A DNA stretch of 40,325 nucleotides from contig NC_068987.1 of the NCBI RefSeq assembly GCF_001194135.2, positions 36,365,158 to 36,405,482 on the forward strand. Direction: 5' to 3'. This document shows, piece after piece, positions 37,266-40,325 of this stretch. The notes beneath the pieces are model-generated. The model worked only from the letters and a program-made list of their open reading frames with translations, did not search any database and was not told the origin of the DNA. Numbering within the stretch: position 1 is the stretch's first letter; each line of letters starts with the position of its first letter. This DNA is from Octopus bimaculoides. Its lineage: Eukaryota. Made by a program: the position numbers and the translations under genes.

Positions 37266-37309
<44 letters not shown>

Positions 37310-37327
37310 ACACACACACACAGACAG

Positions 37328-37358
<31 letters not shown>

Positions 37359-37866
37359 ATACAGAATGGGACAAGGACGCAAAACATCCAGGAAGTTAGG
37401 TGATGCCAGAAAGGAACAAAATATACAGATGGACGATACAGAGAAAACACGAACATGTCATTCGGAGTTTTCTCTCTTCAGTCAAGATCCAGATTATCTT
37501 TGCAATTTAGGCTGGTTATTCTCGATATTGCTCCAAAATATATATATAGTCACACACAGACGCATACGTACAAATAGACTTACACACATGTGCGTATGCG
37601 TACATACATATACACACATATAGACATACATGCATTCGTACATACGCTTACCCATACACATAGGATCGAGCTGAAAATTTGAGCTTACGGAAACAGATAA
37701 AATACTTATGTATCACGATCGAACCCAATATCTCAAAATGCAGGGAAACGGTTACATAACCAAATACCTGCTAAGGTGGAGAACTACGTTGCGTGGAAAC
37801 AATTGTAGTGATTACAAATAAATGTTCCTCTGCACTCCTTACTGTTGTCTCCAAATTATTCACTTA
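36626..37866. mobile_element. MITE/foldback-like element with ~165-175 bp inverted arms
   Basis: 36626-36788 is the diverged reverse complement of 37689-37866. Shared blocks: GATTACAAATAAATGT, GGAGAACTACGT, AATGCAGGGAAACGGTTACAT. TA lies at both outer ends. Confidence 0.7.
36844..37265. other. Assembly gap (N run)
   Basis: N run flanked by (TA)n, inside the inverted-repeat element. Confidence 0.99.
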
Positions 37867-37959
37867 TCCATTCACACACGACAGAAGCCTCAACGCAAAT
37901 GCGGTAGTAGGTATAATACTACTGTTGGAAAGCACTATGTGAAATCTGAAGGTGACGAG

Positions 37960-39350
37960 CTTTATAATGTACTCCGTGGGTTGCCGAGCCCTGAGACACC
38001 TTCCTCATACCGTCATTACATTATTCCAAGGGTGACCAAATGAGACTATAGACATTATTCAACCATCTCGATTTTTCCACCCCTAGATCTCCTTCCAGTT
38101 GATTCAGCTTGAATATTCTATCTCGCGATACTTTCTTGTATCTTTCTAACCCCATGTCCTTAGTTCTGGATCTGTAGCCTTTCACTGCAGATAACCTGTT
38201 GAACCTGGAGATACTACCAGACATCCGAGCTAAGAACCCTGTCGAATAACGTTACTGCAGTTTTCCTTCAGAGAAATTCCATTTCGTCCGCTTGAATTGG
38301 CGATCATACTCTTTCAGTCATTATCCAACTGTTAGGTCCATATGTGATAATTAGCACATAAACCAAATTTAAGATTTCGAATCTGACTTTTTTATACCAA
38401 TATTTCCTCTCTCAGGACCGAATGCTCGAGCTGGCATATTACTGTGCCAGCACCCGCAATTGTATCATCCCATTAAGCTTCTCGATTCCCATCACTCATG
38501 AATGCATACTAAAGATATTTAAACTTCTCCATTTACCTCAGCGATTTACTACCGACATACAAAATGCACAGGGAAAAACTTTCTTGATAAGTGTTTCAAC
38601 CTTGTCTTGCAGCTCTCAGCACCTGTAACATTCAGTGCAGCTGGAGATCGCCCTTTGATGAAGTATATAGCACCATGTCGTATACAAATATCAGCCGACC
38701 AATCTTGCAGCCACTGATTATGATATCACTTCCACCAAGGATGCCAATATCAATCTTGTTCATAAAAATTATGTAAAAGAGAGCTGACAATGCGCGCCCC
38801 TGCTGAACACAAGCACCTACGTTGAAAGGCTACAACACCATTTATCCAGACACAAACATCTGAGCATTCATTTAAGGATTTCATGGCAACCAGAAGTTGC
38901 CCATCAATCTCAAACTCTTGTTACACACTCTGCACGTGGTCATGTGTCGTTTCAAGGTGTATAAAGAAGGTGCATCCCTCTTGCCAATATTCAAAAAGAT
39001 TTCTTGGAAACCTACTATAGTGCATATTTAGTCGGCTCTGCTATGCTTAATACAAAGGCCACACTGTTCTTCAGAAGGTTAAGCTCGACAAATTTTCTAT
39101 GTATCATATTTTGTCATCTAGCTTTCCCTTAATGTCCAATATGGAGATTCCTTTATAATTAATGTACTCTCTCTGTTCACAAAATTTGTTTATCACTCTG
39201 GATTGCAATTGATTTCGTTTCTTTCCAGAGGTCCGATCATAATGACACACAAGTTAGTCAGCAAATACCATCCGTAATCGAGGTTTTTAACATCTCAAGC
39301 AGAATTTATATCCAGCCCAGAGGTCAAGCCATATTGATTGTGACTGGATT
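37960..39350 (-). mobile_element. RTE-clade LINE, RT domain to 3' end, decayed
   Basis: SGLD..EMLK; NYKGISIL; EEQCG (~39060); PFNVGACVQQGRALSA (~38800); GRLIFVYDMVL (=LLFADD, ~38685); EKFKYL (~38520); IQADEMEFL; TGRRSRG..RW. Confidence 0.9.
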
Positions 39351-39359
39351 TGGGTGATC

Positions 39360-40205
39360 AGCAAGGTATTTTCTTCATCTTCCATGGATGCGCTGGATCC
39401 TACCAGATGGGAGAGAATACCTTCTGAATATTAGGCAAGAGGAAGTACTTCTGTGATTGTGGCAAGTACATGCATCAATCAGTGAAACCAAATACAAAAT
39501 CTTTTTTTATGTTTAGTTAAGACCAAGTCATTTATCCTACAAGGAGACTTCAATACACATGTTGGCACTGATCAAGTGACCTGGAATGTAGTGCCTGGGA
39601 GGAATGGCGAACCCAAAATTAAATCGAGGCCTTACTAGGCATTGCGCTCGAAATGGATTCTCTAATATGAACACATTTTCCCAGAGCAGAGGTATACATT
39701 GGTACAGTGGTCACTGACAGGTTTTTTCTATAGTCTTGGACTAATTTGATTCTGTTCTCCATATAAAGAGAAAAGCTGAGCAATCAAGTGATCGCCACCT
39801 AGTTGTCTACAGCCTGAGACTAGTTTCAGCAAGGAGATCTCACAAAAATGGTAAGTCCAGTGCAATTTACAAGATAAAGTGTGGAACTCTGGTGGATAAT
39901 GGAATCAGGACCAGATGTGGCGACATTTGCAATCAAATTCAGAGAATTTACTGCATAAACTGAATATATTCATTCGGAATGGAGATTGTCCTTCGGTTGT
40001 ACAATACTGTGGACAAAGACAGTTCGATGTGATACCGAGTGGTAGGAGAACAAGTCTGAGGACAAAATGTAGCTTACAAACCTTTTCTTCGAAATAATTG
40101 TTTCAGCAGTGATACTAAAACTATCCGAGGCCAAGTCGTTTGGAGGTTTCTTTAGGAGGTGGAGGGAACGTCCAAATACAGTCAAAGTATGTGTATTTGC
40201 ACAAA
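39360..40205 (+). mobile_element. RTE-clade LINE, APE endonuclease and tether, inverted relative to the adjacent RT
   Basis: WILPDGR..LWQVHA; SFILQGDFNTHVGTD (39543); MNTF; SSDRHLVV (~39790); SEWRL; CGQR..SGRRT. The left boundary is uncertain within ~39340-39400. Confidence 0.85.
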
Positions 40206-40325
40206 CACACACACACACAACATATAAAGCAAATATGTTCGTGTATGAATGTGCTTGAGCATGGTTGCGTGTGTCTGTAAGTATACTTGTATGAATGAAT
40301 AAGCATATATATATATATATATATA

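Overview
AT-rich, microsatellite-saturated eukaryotic draft-assembly sequence with seven N gaps, each flanked by dinucleotide repeats. The SINE and TE motifs match what I recall of octopus (coleoid cephalopod) repeats; the species is inferred, not verified. No intact host gene, rRNA, functional tRNA or CRISPR array is supportable, and almost all long ORFs in the track are gap or simple-repeat artefacts. The window is mostly decayed mobile DNA: R4/Dong-like RLE LINEs (410-900 and 23880-26145), L1/Tx1-like pieces (4925-5240 and 20100-21800), an RTE LINE split into two divergent halves (37960-40205), two Penelope-like elements (7905-8235 and 8385-10375), DD37D maT, mariner, Tc1 and pogo-type DNA transposon remnants, a long-TIR MITE-like element and several tRNA-derived SINEs. 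The best leads are structural: a twin-priming-like inversion in an RTE element, an in-frame 8x amplification of the CxC linker of a Penelope-like endonuclease, a mariner derivative with two 5' ends, and two short candidate exons with similar 3' ends. I found no convincing novel multi-gene system.
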